64,000 nt of DNA from contig JAPLOM010000026.1 in NCBI GenBank assembly GCA_026400755.1, forward strand, positions 928-64,927. The letters run 5' to 3'. The notes under the pieces are model-generated. The model saw only the letters and a program-made list of their open reading frames with translations, made no database searches and had not been told where the DNA came from. This DNA is from Alphaproteobacteria bacterium (GTDB taxonomy: Bacteria; Pseudomonadota; Alphaproteobacteria; CADEGL01). Of this stretch, positions 40,285 through 51,043 are shown piece by piece. The translations under genes were made by a program, and so were the position numbers. Within the stretch, counting starts at the first letter, position 1. Every line of letters starts with the position of its first letter.

Positions 40285-41076
40285 ATGACGGCCAATCCCG
40301 CGAGCGTGAGCCGCAGCATGAAGCTGCGCGACAAGGTGAGCCCGGAAGAGTGGCAGGTGCGCGTGGATTTGGCGGCCTGCTATCGGCTGGTCGCCTATTA
40401 CGACATGACGGACCTGACCTTCACCCACATCTCGGCGCGCATCCCGGGCCAGCCGAACCATTTCCTGCTGAATCCATTCGGCATGATGTTCGAAGAGATC
40501 ACGGCCTCGTCCTTGGTGAAGACCCACATGGACGGCACCGTCGACAAGGAAAGCCCCTACGAGTACATCCCCGCCGGCTATACGATCCACAGCGCGGTGC
40601 TGGACGCGCGGCCGGACGTGCAATGCGTGCTGCACACCCACACGAGCGCGGGCATGGCCGTGTCGTCGCTGGAATGCGGCCTGATGCCGATGACGCAGAC
40701 CTCGCTGCGCTTTTACAACAACATCGCCTATCACGATTATGAGGGCGTGGCGCTGGACCATGATGAGCGCACGCGCCTGTCGCGCGACCTGGGCAAGCAG
40801 CAATCCATGATCCTGAAGAACCATGGCCTGCTCACCACTGGCCGCTCGATCGCCGAGGCCTTCGTGCTGATGCACCGGCTGGAGAAGGCTTGCAAAGCCC
40901 AGATCGAGGCGCTGTCCACCGGGCAGAAGCCGATCCAGCTGTCCGAAGACGTGAAAGAACACACGGCCAAGCAGTTCAACGGCATGGCCTTTTCCAACGG
41001 CCCGATCTACGGCGACCGCGAGTGGCCCTCCCTCTGCCGCATGATGGACCGCGTCGACCCCAGCTATAAGATGTGA
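40285..41076 (+). CDS. class II aldolase/adducin-family protein, copy 2
   Basis: ~55% identical to the upstream paralog (estimated by eye); VLHTHT motif. Confidence 0.85.
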   Translation: MTANPASVSRSMKLRDKVSPEEWQVRVDLAACYRLVAYYDMTDLTFTHISARIPGQPNHFLLNPFGMMFEEITASSLVKTHMDGTVDKESPYEYIPAGYTIHSAVLDARPDVQCVLHTHTSAGMAVSSLECGLMPMTQTSLRFYNNIAYHDYEGVALDHDERTRLSRDLGKQQSMILKNHGLLTTGRSIAEAFVLMHRLEKACKAQIEALSTGQKPIQLSEDVKEHTAKQFNGMAFSNGPIYGDREWPSLCRMMDRVDPSYKM

Positions 41077-41128
41077 CGCGTCCGCCCGCGCGGCGGTGCC
41101 TCAACTCGTCCTTCAAAGGATCAATGCC

Positions 41129-42139
41129 ATGGATTACCGCCGCCTGGGCCAAAGCGGCCTGACCGTTTCGCCCATTTGCCTCGGCACCATGATGTTCGGC
41201 CTGCGCACGGAGGAGGCCGCGGCCAAGCGCATCATGGCGGACGCGAAAGCGCGCGGAATCAACTTCATCGACACGGCCGACCAGTACGCCCACGGCAAGT
41301 CGGAAGAGATCATCGGCCGCGCCATCGCCAAGGACCGGCACGACTGGATCCTGGCGACGAAGGTGGGCACCGAGTGGGAGAAGACGCCGAACCGCTCGGG
41401 CACCGGGCGCAAATGGGTGATGGAGGAACTGGACAAGAGCCTCAAGCGCCTCAAGACCGACTTCATCGACGTCTATTATTTCCACAAGGACGATTACGAC
41501 ACGCCCATCGCCGAATCGGCCCACGCCATGGGCGACGCGATCCGCCAGGGCAAGATCCGTTATTTCGGCGTCAGCAACTTCCGCGGCTGGCGCATCGCGG
41601 AGCTGGCCAGCTTCTGCGACGCCAACTCCATTCCCCGGCCAGTGGTCTGCCAGCCCTACTACAACGCCATGAACCGCATGCCCGAAGACGAAGTCCTGCC
41701 GGCCTGCGAACGCTATGGTCTGGGCGTGGTGCCTTATAGCCCGCTCGCGCGCGGCGTCCTGACCGGCAAGTACCAGTGGAACAAGCCCGCGCCCAAAGGC
41801 ACGCGCGTGGCCATCAGCGACAAGCGCATCATGGATACCGAATGGCGCAAGGAATCGGTCGAGATCGCGGCCACCATCAAGCGCCATGCCGAGAAGCGCG
41901 GCATCACGGCCGGCCAGTTCGCCACCGCCTGGGTGCTGAACAACAAGCTGATCTCCTCCGTCATCGCGGGGCCGCGCACGATGGAGCAGTGGACGGAATA
42001 CGCGGGCGCGTTGGACTACAAATTCACCAAGGAAGACGAAGCGCTGGTGGACAAGCTGGTGAAGCCCGGCCATCCCTCCACGCCCGGCTATACCGACCCC
42101 AACTATCCGCCGCGCGGCCGCGTGGCGCGGAGCGGCTGA
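41129..42139 (+). CDS. aldo/keto reductase
   Basis: AKR signatures (YRRLGQSGLTVS...IDTADQYAHG). Confidence 0.85.
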   Translation: MDYRRLGQSGLTVSPICLGTMMFGLRTEEAAAKRIMADAKARGINFIDTADQYAHGKSEEIIGRAIAKDRHDWILATKVGTEWEKTPNRSGTGRKWVMEELDKSLKRLKTDFIDVYYFHKDDYDTPIAESAHAMGDAIRQGKIRYFGVSNFRGWRIAELASFCDANSIPRPVVCQPYYNAMNRMPEDEVLPACERYGLGVVPYSPLARGVLTGKYQWNKPAPKGTRVAISDKRIMDTEWRKESVEIAATIKRHAEKRGITAGQFATAWVLNNKLISSVIAGPRTMEQWTEYAGALDYKFTKEDEALVDKLVKPGHPSTPGYTDPNYPPRGRVARSG

Positions 42140-42161
42140 GACACCGCACCGCGGCGTACCC

Positions 42162-43448
42162 ATGCTGACGGACGACTTCAAGCCGACACCCTATTGGTGG
42201 GAAGGACTGCCACCGCCTTCTGCGGAACCGGCCGAGCCGCCCGCGCGCGCCGACGTGGCCGTGATCGGCGGCGGTTTCACGGGCCTGTCGGCCGCCTTAA
42301 CCCTCGCGCGCGCCGGACGACAGACAGTGGTCTTCGACGCCGATGCCATCGGCCATGGCGCCAGCTCGCGCAACGCGGGCGCCGTCACGCGTATGCTGCA
42401 CACCGGCTTTGCCCATATGGCCGAGCGCATGAGCCGCGCCCAATTCGGTGCGCTGACGAAAGAAGCCGCCGATGCGTTCGAGACCGTGCGCGATCTGATC
42501 GAGCGCGAGAGGATTCCGTGCGACTGGCGCATGAGCGGCCGCTTCCTGGCCGCGGCCTCGCGGGCCCACGCGCACAATCTGCGCGTCGAGATGGACTTCA
42601 TGCAGAACTTCTCGGGCGTGCAATGCCGCTGGCTGGACGCGGCCGACCAAGGACAGGAATACGGCACGCGCAACGGCGCGGGCGGCGTGGTGGTGGACGG
42701 CACGGCCGTTCTTCACCCCGGCAAGCTGGTGCACAACATGGCGGCGCGGGTGGTGATGGCGGATGCGGTGCTGGCGCCAAGCTGCCGCGTCCTATCCGTC
42801 GCGCGAGAACGCGATGGCTTCAAGCTGACCCATGCGCTGGGCAAAACCAAAGTGCGCGACGTGGTGGTCGCCACCAACGGCTATGCCGACGGGCTGGTGC
42901 CCCATTTCCGCCGCCGCGTTCTGCCCGTGCAGGCCACCATGATGGCGACCGAGCCGGTTTCGCCCGAGTTGCTGAAGCGCGCGATTCCCAACGGGCGCAT
43001 GGTGATCGATTCACGCCGCGCCTGGCGCTATCTGCGCCCCTCGCCCGACGGAACGCGTTTGTTGTTCGGCAGCCTGTCCGGCTATCGCGACAACGACATG
43101 CCGCGCATGGCGCGGCGCCTGCACGCCGAGATGGCGGATTCCCTGCCCGATTTCGCGGGCGTGAAAATCTCGCATTGCTGGGGCGGCATGCTGGGCCTCA
43201 GCTTCGACCGCATCCCGCATGTGGGCGTCCATGACGGCATGCACTATGCCCTGGCCATGAACGGCACCGGCGTGCCGGTGGGCACCCATCTCGGCCGCAA
43301 AATCGCGCTGCGCCTGTTGGGCTCGCCCGAAGGCCGCACGGCCTATGACGACCTGCCCTTCCCCACCCGTCCGACCTACAACGGCAATCCCTGGTTCGTG
43401 CCCTGGATCGCGCGCTGGTGGCGCTTCCGCGACCGCTTCGATCCTTAA
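42162..43448 (+). CDS. FAD-dependent oxidoreductase (DAO family, gamma-glutamylputrescine oxidase-like)
   Basis: DVAVIGGGFTGLSAA dinucleotide-binding motif, 428 aa. Confidence 0.8.
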   Translation: MLTDDFKPTPYWWEGLPPPSAEPAEPPARADVAVIGGGFTGLSAALTLARAGRQTVVFDADAIGHGASSRNAGAVTRMLHTGFAHMAERMSRAQFGALTKEAADAFETVRDLIERERIPCDWRMSGRFLAAASRAHAHNLRVEMDFMQNFSGVQCRWLDAADQGQEYGTRNGAGGVVVDGTAVLHPGKLVHNMAARVVMADAVLAPSCRVLSVARERDGFKLTHALGKTKVRDVVVATNGYADGLVPHFRRRVLPVQATMMATEPVSPELLKRAIPNGRMVIDSRRAWRYLRPSPDGTRLLFGSLSGYRDNDMPRMARRLHAEMADSLPDFAGVKISHCWGGMLGLSFDRIPHVGVHDGMHYALAMNGTGVPVGTHLGRKIALRLLGSPEGRTAYDDLPFPTRPTYNGNPWFVPWIARWWRFRDRFDP

Positions 43449-43454
43449 AAGTAG

Positions 43455-43490
43455 AAGGGCCCGGCCGCAAGAATGCAGCCGGGCCCTTCC
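43455..43490. terminator. bidirectional hairpin terminator between convergent genes
   Basis: GAAGGGCCCGGC-cgcaagaatgca-GCCGGGCCCTTC perfect 12-bp stem. Confidence 0.5.
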
Positions 43491-43503
43491 ACTTTGAAAG
43501 TAA

Positions 43504-43755
43504 TCAGGCCTTTTTTTCTTCTTCTTCCATCGTCACGGCGACGTCGCCGTTCGCGGACAAGCGGACCTTACTGCCCTCGACATCGGCAACCAGGCCGAGG
43601 CTGATGAAATGATGGTGGCCTTTGTGCTGCCCCCCGCCCGCGTCGGGCTTGGTCAGCTTGATGCGCTGGTCTTCGATCCGGTCGACGGTGCCGACGTGAA
43701 CGCCGTCCGCGCCGATGACTTCCATGTGCTCTTTGATGTGGTTGGCGTCGATCAT
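43504..43755 (-). CDS. DUF2171-family small protein
   Basis: HIKEHMEVIGADGVHVGTVDRIE motif typical of DUF2171. Confidence 0.5.
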   Translation of the reverse strand: MIDANHIKEHMEVIGADGVHVGTVDRIEDQRIKLTKPDAGGGQHKGHHHFISLGLVADVEGSKVRLSANGDVAVTMEEEEKKA

Positions 43756-44105
43756 GTGACTGTCCTCATGGTGGTTGACCGACCAACGCATCCCACAGGA
43801 TTAGGTTCAATCCGGCGCCTGGGAAAGGGGTTTTGACGGTTTGATATCCACAAACGAAGTCGGATCGCTGGCCGGAAACGACTCCTCGAGCGCCGCATCG
43901 ACGCGGCGTTCCCGCCGCTCGATGACGAGACGCTCTCGTTCAACCGCCTCCGCTCGGTGCGTTTGCTCGCTGCCCATGGAACGTGAACCAGCCCCGGCAG
44001 CGATAGTTCCATCGGCCGCGGGCCTCCGATTCTTAACGGGGCGACTTCTCAAACGAAAAGGGCCCGCCGGTGAGGCGGGCCCTTCAAACGTTCAGGCGTT
44101 ACGGG

Positions 44106-45182
44106 TCAAAAAGCGTAACGGACCGTCGCCGAGCCCGTGTAGGAGATGTAGTCCACCTTGCCCACCTCCGCGCCGAACTGCGCACCGCCCGAGAAGCGCG
44201 GCGAGAGGTAGAACAGAAGCCCGCCGCCGACCAGCGCCGAATTCTTGTAAGCGGTGGGCTGCACTTGGCCGGGCCCGACCGTCGGCAGGTCGTATTTATA
44301 ATCGTACTGGTATTGGGCCATCAGGAAGGGCTGGACGCTCTCGAAGTTGTAACCCACCTGGCCGCCGGCGATGAACCGGCCGAAATGGACCGTGGTGTCG
44401 TCCACGTTCTGGCCGCCCGTGCCGCTTTCCTGATAGCCGGAAATGCCCTGATACATCCACATGGCGCCCATGGTGGGGCGCACGCTGACGTTCCCGTAAT
44501 CGAGGGTGGCGGTCAGGTTACTGGACATGAAGAAGCGCGTGCCGGTGGTGTCGGCGTTGATCGAGCCGTTGCTGCGGCTCAAATCGATGCTCTGGCCGAC
44601 ATAGCCCACGCTGGCGTCGAGATAGAGCTGGTTCGGAATCAACTGCACTAGGACATAGGGCGACACGACCGCGCCGTTCGAATCCCAGGTGCCCTGATTG
44701 AAGCTGGTGTTGATGTTCTGGCGTTCATACCCGGCCGACAGGCCCGCCATCACCCAGTCGTTGATCCGGTAGTCGCCGCCCACGGCGAAGGTATAGATCT
44801 GGCCGCTGGATTCGATGGCCGACTGGCTTTCGCTGAAGCCCGTGCCGGAGAAGTTGGACCAGACGCCGAAGCGGTTCTCGCCGTCGCCCGCCGCGGCGCC
44901 GGTTCCGCTGTCCGCGAAGCCGCCACCCATCCGTCGCCCGCTTGGAGCCTCGCCGGACTGGATGTTCTGGACTTTAATCCGGCTCGGGCTGATGTTGAGC
45001 GCGTTTGCTATGTCCGCTTTAAAGCCATTGGTGAACGTCGAAGCCGTCGAAGGGCCGGAGACCGACAACACCATGCTGGTCGAAACCGGCGCCGACGAGG
45101 TCTGGTAGGCAGCAAAGGCAGTGCTCGCGCTCAGCACCATGGTGGCCATGAATACGGCGGCACCTAAAATCCGATTGGTCAT
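44106..45182 (-). CDS. small autotransporter-type outer-membrane beta-barrel protein
   Basis: Signal peptide (ILGAAVFMATMVLSASTAFA), short passenger, C-terminal beta-barrel with alternating aromatic pattern ending ...RYAF. This is the 3' part of a 1108-aa ORF, the rest of which is antisense to katE and rejected. Confidence 0.7.
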   Translation of the reverse strand: MTNRILGAAVFMATMVLSASTAFAAYQTSSAPVSTSMVLSVSGPSTASTFTNGFKADIANALNISPSRIKVQNIQSGEAPSGRRMGGGFADSGTGAAAGDGENRFGVWSNFSGTGFSESQSAIESSGQIYTFAVGGDYRINDWVMAGLSAGYERQNINTSFNQGTWDSNGAVVSPYVLVQLIPNQLYLDASVGYVGQSIDLSRSNGSINADTTGTRFFMSSNLTATLDYGNVSVRPTMGAMWMYQGISGYQESGTGGQNVDDTTVHFGRFIAGGQVGYNFESVQPFLMAQYQYDYKYDLPTVGPGQVQPTAYKNSALVGGGLLFYLSPRFSGGAQFGAEVGKVDYISYTGSATVRYAF

Positions 45183-45377
45183 TGAGCCCCCGAAGATCGG
45201 AAAACCGTAAAGCTTCCCGGATTCTAAGGGGCGCATGATTCCCGTGTCGAGGTTTAATAGCCCCGCCCGCCCGATTAGAACGCGGAACCACCGGAACCCT
45301 TTCCCGCCCATCGGGTTCTTTTCCTGCGAGAGATCGCGTCCGCAACGGGCGCGAATGGATGCGCGCGGGAGATCAGC

Positions 45378-47507
45378 ATGGCGAAAAACAGAACGAACAC
45401 TCCGAAGACCGTCAAAGGCCGGGGCGGCGAAACGCATCAGCAGGCCTCCAGCGCGAACGGCATGGACATGCTGACCACCAACCAGGGCACGGTCGTCTCG
45501 GACAACCAGAACTCGCTGCGCGGCGGCACGCGCGGCCCGACGTTGCTCGAAGATTTCGTGATGCGCGAGAAGATCACGCATTTCGACCATGAGCGGATTC
45601 CGGAGCGCATCGTCCATGCGCGCGGCTCGGCGGCGCACGGATATTTCCAGGTCTACAAGCCGCTTGCACACCTGACCAAGGCCGCGTTCCTGAACGACAC
45701 CAAGGCCAAGACGCGCGTCTTCACCCGCTTTTCGACGGTCGCCGGCGGCGCGGGCTCGCCCGACACGGTGCGCGACGTGCGCGGCTTCGCGGTCAAGTTC
45801 TATACCTCCGAGGGCAACTTCGATCTGGTGGGCAACAACATCCCCGTGTTCTTCATCCAGGACGCGATCAAGTTCCCCGACCTGATCCATTCGGTGAAGA
45901 TGGAGCCCGACCGCGGCTTCCCCCAGGCGGCCTCGGCCCACGACACGTTCTGGGACTTCGCGACCTTGATGCCCGAAAGCATGCATATGCTGATGTGGGC
46001 CATGTCGGACCGCGGCATCCCGCGCTCCTACCGCATGATGGAAGGCTTCGGCATCCACACCTTCCGGCTGGTCAACGAACAGGGAAAATCGACCTTCGTG
46101 AAGTTCCACTGGCGCCCCACCATCGGCGCCGTCTCGCTGGTGTGGGACGAGGCAGTCAAGCTGATCGGCGCGGATTTCGATTTCCACCGGCGCGATCTGT
46201 GGAACGCGATCGAGACGGGCGGCTTCCCCGAATACGAACTGTGCCTTCAGACCTTCGATCAGAAGAAGGCCGACACGTTCGGCTTCGACATCCTGGACCC
46301 GACCAAGCTGATTCCCGAGGAGGTCGTGCCGATCGAGCCCGTGGGCAAGATGGTCTTGAACCGCAACCCGGACAATTTCTTCGCCGAGACCGAGCAGGTC
46401 GCCTTCCATCCCGGGCACGTCGTGCCGGGCATCGACTTCTCGAACGACCCGCTGCTGCAGGGGCGCCTCCACTCCTATCTCGACACGCAGCTGAGCCGCT
46501 TGGGCGGACCCAACTTCCACGAGATCGAGATCAACAAGCCGGTCTGTCCCATGCGCAATTTCCAGCGTGACGGCATTTCGCGCATGCAGGTGCCCAAGGG
46601 TCGCGTGGCCTATGAGCCCAACAGCCTGGACAATGGCGGCCCGCGCGGCTGCCCCGTGCACGGTTTCACCAGCTTCCCGGAACCGATGCGGGGCGAGAAG
46701 GTGCGCGAGCGTTCGCCGACCTTCGCCGACCACTACACCCAGGCGCGCCTGTTCTGGAATTCCATGACTGAGCCGGAGAAGCGCCATATCGCCAGCGCCT
46801 TCGCGTTCGAGCTGGCCAAGGTGGAGACGATCGCCATCCGCACACGCATGTTGGGCCACCTGGTCAACATCGACACCGACCTGCACGCGCGGGTCGAAAC
46901 GACCCTGGGCATGGAAGGCCAAGCGGACAAGATCCAGCCTGCGGCCCAGCCCAAGACCATGAAGCCGTCGCCCGCGCTGAGCCTGATCGCCAAGGCACCC
47001 GCAACGATCAAGGGCCGTACGGTCGGCATCCTGATCACCGACGGCACGGACGCGAAGTTGCTGGCGGCGTTGCGCAAGGCCGTCGAGGCCGAAGGCGCCG
47101 CCGTGCAGATCGTGGCGCCCAAGGTGGGCGGCGCGAAACTGAGCGACGGCAAGCGTATCCCCGCCGATCACGCGCTGGCGGGCGGCCCGTCGGTGTTGTT
47201 CGACGCGGTCGCGTTGCTGCCGTCCGACGAGGGCACGGATGCACTGCTGTCCGAAGCCGCGGCTATCGACTGGCTGCGCGACGCGTTCGGACATTTGAAG
47301 GCGATCGGCCATGTGCCGGCCGCCGACGCGCTGTTCGACAAGGCCGGCGTCGCAACCGAGGCCGACGACGGCACCGTCTCGCTGGCCGGAAGCGGCGGCA
47401 TCAAGGCGTTCGTCGCAGCGGCCAAGAAGCACCGCATCTGGGACCGCGAACCCGGCCTGCGCGCGGCGGGCGTACCCAAACCCGAAAAGGCCCGCAAGCG
47501 GGCCTAG
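45378..47507 (+). CDS. katE: large-subunit (HPII-type) monofunctional catalase
   Basis: Catalase core (RERIPERVVHARG...FDHERIPE) plus C-terminal DJ-1/PfpI-like domain, 709 aa. Confidence 0.9.
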   Translation: MAKNRTNTPKTVKGRGGETHQQASSANGMDMLTTNQGTVVSDNQNSLRGGTRGPTLLEDFVMREKITHFDHERIPERIVHARGSAAHGYFQVYKPLAHLTKAAFLNDTKAKTRVFTRFSTVAGGAGSPDTVRDVRGFAVKFYTSEGNFDLVGNNIPVFFIQDAIKFPDLIHSVKMEPDRGFPQAASAHDTFWDFATLMPESMHMLMWAMSDRGIPRSYRMMEGFGIHTFRLVNEQGKSTFVKFHWRPTIGAVSLVWDEAVKLIGADFDFHRRDLWNAIETGGFPEYELCLQTFDQKKADTFGFDILDPTKLIPEEVVPIEPVGKMVLNRNPDNFFAETEQVAFHPGHVVPGIDFSNDPLLQGRLHSYLDTQLSRLGGPNFHEIEINKPVCPMRNFQRDGISRMQVPKGRVAYEPNSLDNGGPRGCPVHGFTSFPEPMRGEKVRERSPTFADHYTQARLFWNSMTEPEKRHIASAFAFELAKVETIAIRTRMLGHLVNIDTDLHARVETTLGMEGQADKIQPAAQPKTMKPSPALSLIAKAPATIKGRTVGILITDGTDAKLLAALRKAVEAEGAAVQIVAPKVGGAKLSDGKRIPADHALAGGPSVLFDAVALLPSDEGTDALLSEAAAIDWLRDAFGHLKAIGHVPAADALFDKAGVATEADDGTVSLAGSGGIKAFVAAAKKHRIWDREPGLRAAGVPKPEKARKRA

Positions 47508-47522
47508 CGAACGCGAGAAAGA

Positions 47523-47557
47523 AAAAGCCCCCGCGGGATTTTCGCCCGCGGGGGCTT
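47523..47557 (+). terminator. rho-independent terminator after katE
   Basis: GCCCCCGCGGG-attttc-GCCCGCGGGGGC stem plus TTTGTTTT. Confidence 0.7.
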
Positions 47558-47617
47558 TGTTTTACGTGTCGAGGTGAGGCGACCTAAGACCCTGCCAATA
47601 GCCGGGTCATTTCGGCG

Positions 47618-48526
47618 TCAGGTCGCTTCCTTCCGGAAGAAATTTCGCGCGAAGGCCAGGAAGGCCTGGGCGATGGGGCGCGGCTTGTGCTCGGCCAGAT
47701 GCACGGCGGCGACGCGCACGGGTTGAATCGAATCGCGCAGGCGCACGGCGCCGATGCGTTTGCCGTCATAGCTGGCCGAAACTTTCAGCGGCAAGGTCAG
47801 AATGGAATAGGCCAAGCCGTTGCCGACCAGGCTGCGCACCGTTTCCATCGAGCCGGTGCGGTAGCGCACGTTCGCCGCAAGCCCGAGCGAGGCGAAGACC
47901 GAGCCGAAATAATCCTGGCTGATCGGCAGATCGAGCAGCGCGCAAGGCTCGTCCGCGATCTCGCGCAGATGAATCGCGCCGCGCTTGGCCAGCCTGTGCC
48001 GCGCGGGCAGCAGGATGTAGGGCGGCAGGTCCAGCAACGGCTCGACCGCGAAGGCGCGCGGCAGCATCAGGTCATAGGTCAGCGCCACCTCCAGCTCGCC
48101 GTTGACCATGCCGCGGATGAGATCGGGCTGGTCACCGTCGCGGAAGGTCACATCGGTCTGCGGATACTGCGCCAGGAACCCGCCAAGGACGCCGGCCAAG
48201 TAACGCGGCGCCAGATAGCCGAGGCAGCCGATAGCCAGGCTGCCGCGGGTCTCCTCGGCCACGCCCGAGACGCCGTCGGCGAAATCGCCGACATGGGCCA
48301 GAAGCTTGCGCGCCTCGCGCAGCACCGTGGTGCCCGCGGGCGTCAGCGCCACGCCGCGCGAATGCTGACGCACGAACAACTGGGTCTTGGCTGCCTCCTC
48401 AAGCTGGGCGATGGCCAGCGACACCGAGGGCTGCGACACCTTCAGCGCCCGCGCGGCCGCGGTCACGTTGCCGTGATCGGCGGCGGCGACGAAGTAACGC
48501 AGCACGCGCAGGGATACGTCGATCAA
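47618..48526 (-). CDS. LysR-family transcriptional regulator
   Basis: HTH (LRYFVAAADHGNVTAAARALKVSQPSVSLAIAQLE) plus substrate-binding domain; divergent from 48633. Confidence 0.85.
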   Translation of the reverse strand: MIDVSLRVLRYFVAAADHGNVTAAARALKVSQPSVSLAIAQLEEAAKTQLFVRQHSRGVALTPAGTTVLREARKLLAHVGDFADGVSGVAEETRGSLAIGCLGYLAPRYLAGVLGGFLAQYPQTDVTFRDGDQPDLIRGMVNGELEVALTYDLMLPRAFAVEPLLDLPPYILLPARHRLAKRGAIHLREIADEPCALLDLPISQDYFGSVFASLGLAANVRYRTGSMETVRSLVGNGLAYSILTLPLKVSASYDGKRIGAVRLRDSIQPVRVAAVHLAEHKPRPIAQAFLAFARNFFRKEAT

Positions 48527-48632
48527 GTTTCCTGATCCCGATGATCGAGAAACTATATTTCTCTATCGATCCCGGGTTTGCAACGCTTGAGCCCGTGGCC
48601 CGTTCCGGGCCCGCAAAGGGGGAGGACCTGCC

Positions 48633-49553
48633 GTGATCCGCAACCAGATTCCGTGGCCCGACGGCGCGCGCTGCGCCGTGGCCTTCACCTTCGACATGGA
48701 CGCCGACAGCATCCTGCATCTGGCCCATCACGCCTCGGCCGACACCCGCGTGGCGGCGATGTCGGGCCTGCGTTACGGGCCCGAGGTCGCGGTGCCGCGC
48801 CTGGTCGACATGTACCGGCGGCACGGCATCAAGCAGACCTTCTTCCTGCCGGCCTGGTGCATCGAGCGCTATCCGGCCGCGGTCGAGACCATCCTGAAGG
48901 ACGGCCACGAGATCGCGCACCACAGCTATCTGCACGAACACCCGAACGAGCTAGAGCCCGACGAGGAGCGCTATTGGTTCGAGCGTTCAATGGACGTGAT
49001 CGTCAGGGCCACCGGGCGCAAGCCGCGCGGCTACCGGGCCGCGACCTATAAATTCTCGCGCAACACGCTCGACGTACTGCTGGAGAACGGGATCGAGTAC
49101 GACGCCTCACTGTTCGGCGACGACATCCCTTACATCCTGAGCAACAAGAAGGGCTCGGTGGTCGAGTTGCCCTCGCACTACGGCCTCGACGACTGGCCGC
49201 ATTACCAGGTCAGCCGCGACTTCAACTACATCATGGCCGTGAAGGCGCCGAGCCAGGCCTATCAGGTCTTCGTCGATGAGTTCGATGCCGCGTGGGAATA
49301 CGGCGGCCTGTGGATCAGCGTCTGGCACCCGTTCCTGTCGGGCCGCCTGGCGCGCGCCATGTGGATCGACAAGCTGATCCAGTACATGGCGCGCAAGGGC
49401 AAGGTGTGGTTCGCGCCCTTGGAAGAGATCGCGGCCCACGCCCGCAAGATGGCGGCGGAAGGCCGCTGGCAACCGCGGGTCGACCAGTTGCCTTACTACA
49501 CCGGCCCGATCCCCGAACTCGGCGATGTGAAGCCCGACAAGGTGCGGCCGTGA
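48633..49553 (+). CDS. polysaccharide deacetylase-family protein (PuuE/allantoinase-like)
   Basis: NodB-homology motifs (FTFDMDADS...HHSYLHE). Confidence 0.8.
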   Translation: MIRNQIPWPDGARCAVAFTFDMDADSILHLAHHASADTRVAAMSGLRYGPEVAVPRLVDMYRRHGIKQTFFLPAWCIERYPAAVETILKDGHEIAHHSYLHEHPNELEPDEERYWFERSMDVIVRATGRKPRGYRAATYKFSRNTLDVLLENGIEYDASLFGDDIPYILSNKKGSVVELPSHYGLDDWPHYQVSRDFNYIMAVKAPSQAYQVFVDEFDAAWEYGGLWISVWHPFLSGRLARAMWIDKLIQYMARKGKVWFAPLEEIAAHARKMAAEGRWQPRVDQLPYYTGPIPELGDVKPDKVRP

Positions 49554-51043
49554 ATAAGCTTGTCCCGCCCGCCACGGGCGAATGGCTGGTGGGACGCGCG
49601 GTCGAACGTACCGACCCGTGCCTGAGGACCGGAGCGCAGTATGTCGAAAGCCTGCGTGACGGGCGCTCGGTCATCCTGGGCGGGCGCGACGTGAAGGACG
49701 TGACCGAGGAGCCGCAACTGCGCCGCGGCATCGACACCTTAGCCGGGCTGTTCGACGCGCAGTTCGACCCCGAGACGCGCGAGGAGGTCACCTCGATCGA
49801 ACCCAAGAGCGGCAACCGCATCGCCACCGGCTGGCTGGTGCCGCACAGCAAGGAGGATCTGAAGCGGCATCTGGCCACGATCCGCTTCTCGACCTTGCAC
49901 ACCTTCGGCGTCTTCGGCCGGCCGCCGGATTACGGCCCAGTGAAAGCCATCGGCTTCATGGCCTTCAACCATCTGGTGAAGAAAGAAGAACCTCACGCGA
50001 TCGAGAAGATCGAGCGCTTCGTCGAGATCGGCCAGCGCCACAACCTGGTCAGCGCCGACATCATCATCGACGTCCAGACCAGCCGGAAGCTGCCCATGCC
50101 CGAGCAGGAAGGACGCCTTCAGGTGGTAGAGCAGCGGAAGGACGGCGTGATCGTCTCCGGCATCAAGGCCGGCAACTCGGTCATGGCCCAAGGCAATATC
50201 GGCACCATCTCGATGCCACCGCCCAACCCGACCATGCCCGAGGCGTGCATGCTGTGGTCGGTCGTGCCCTCCCACCTGCCGGGCATCAAGAACATCCTGC
50301 GCGAGCCCGCGACCACGGGCCTGGAGCACCCGGAGGACCATCCGCTCGATTCCGCGGGCGAGGAAGGCGACGGGATGCTCCTGTTCGACCGGGTCTTCAT
50401 CCCGGACGAGTACGTCTTCAGCTTCAAGAACAAGGCGACCTCCGGCGCCTATTACACCCTCGGCCGCTTCGCCCAGTTCAAGATCGCGGCCCGCCTGTCC
50501 TACCGGGCGGAGATTTTCGCGGGCGCCGCCCAGGCCATCGTCGATGCGCTCGGCACCGACCACATCCCCGGCGTGCGGGCGCTGGTGGCCGACGTCTGCG
50601 CCTATGCCGCCACCCTGCGCGCCTTCATGGTGGCCGCCGTGGAACGCGCGCAAGCAACCGAGAGCGGCGTGGTCCTGCCCGACCCGGTCATGGTCACGGC
50701 CTGCCGCCTCCACTCCGTGGTAGGTCTGCCGGGCATCATGCAGCACTTACGCGAGCTGTCCGGCCAGGGCCTCATCAGCCGGGTGCCGCGCGCGACCTGG
50801 GAGCGGCAGGATATTGGTCCCCTGCTCGACCGCTATCTGCCCGGCTACAAGATTTCGGCCCGGCAGAAGAACCGCCTGTTCAATCTGATCTGGGACATGT
50901 CTTCGAGCGGTGCCGCGCTGCGCATCGCCCTGTTCGAGAACCTCAACGCGACCCCGGCGGCCCCCCTGCGCGAGGAGCTGTACCGCACCTACGACCGCAG
51001 CGAGGGGTTGGCCATCATCCGAAAAAAGGCGGGACTGGATTGA
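49550..51043 (+). CDS. HpaB-family flavin-dependent monooxygenase oxygenase component
   Basis: 4-hydroxyphenylacetate 3-hydroxylase family fold, 497 aa; GTG start overlaps upstream stop (GTGA). Confidence 0.8.
   Translation: MNKLVPPATGEWLVGRAVERTDPCLRTGAQYVESLRDGRSVILGGRDVKDVTEEPQLRRGIDTLAGLFDAQFDPETREEVTSIEPKSGNRIATGWLVPHSKEDLKRHLATIRFSTLHTFGVFGRPPDYGPVKAIGFMAFNHLVKKEEPHAIEKIERFVEIGQRHNLVSADIIIDVQTSRKLPMPEQEGRLQVVEQRKDGVIVSGIKAGNSVMAQGNIGTISMPPPNPTMPEACMLWSVVPSHLPGIKNILREPATTGLEHPEDHPLDSAGEEGDGMLLFDRVFIPDEYVFSFKNKATSGAYYTLGRFAQFKIAARLSYRAEIFAGAAQAIVDALGTDHIPGVRALVADVCAYAATLRAFMVAAVERAQATESGVVLPDPVMVTACRLHSVVGLPGIMQHLRELSGQGLISRVPRATWERQDIGPLLDRYLPGYKISARQKNRLFNLIWDMSSSGAALRIALFENLNATPAAPLREELYRTYDRSEGLAIIRKKAGLD

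Noticed and set aside
43807-44052. 81-aa minus-strand ORF (MRSRPVKNRRPAADG...ESFPASDP...)
   Set aside because: No RBS or domain support. Possibly a small protein starting at an internal Met, but the evidence is too weak to call
45183-47432. N-terminal ~750 codons of a 1108-aa minus-strand ORF
   Set aside because: Entirely antisense to the well-supported katE gene; Arg/Ala/Gly-rich low-complexity translation typical of GC-rich antisense frames. Only the 3' portion (44106..45182) with signal peptide and beta-barrel is real
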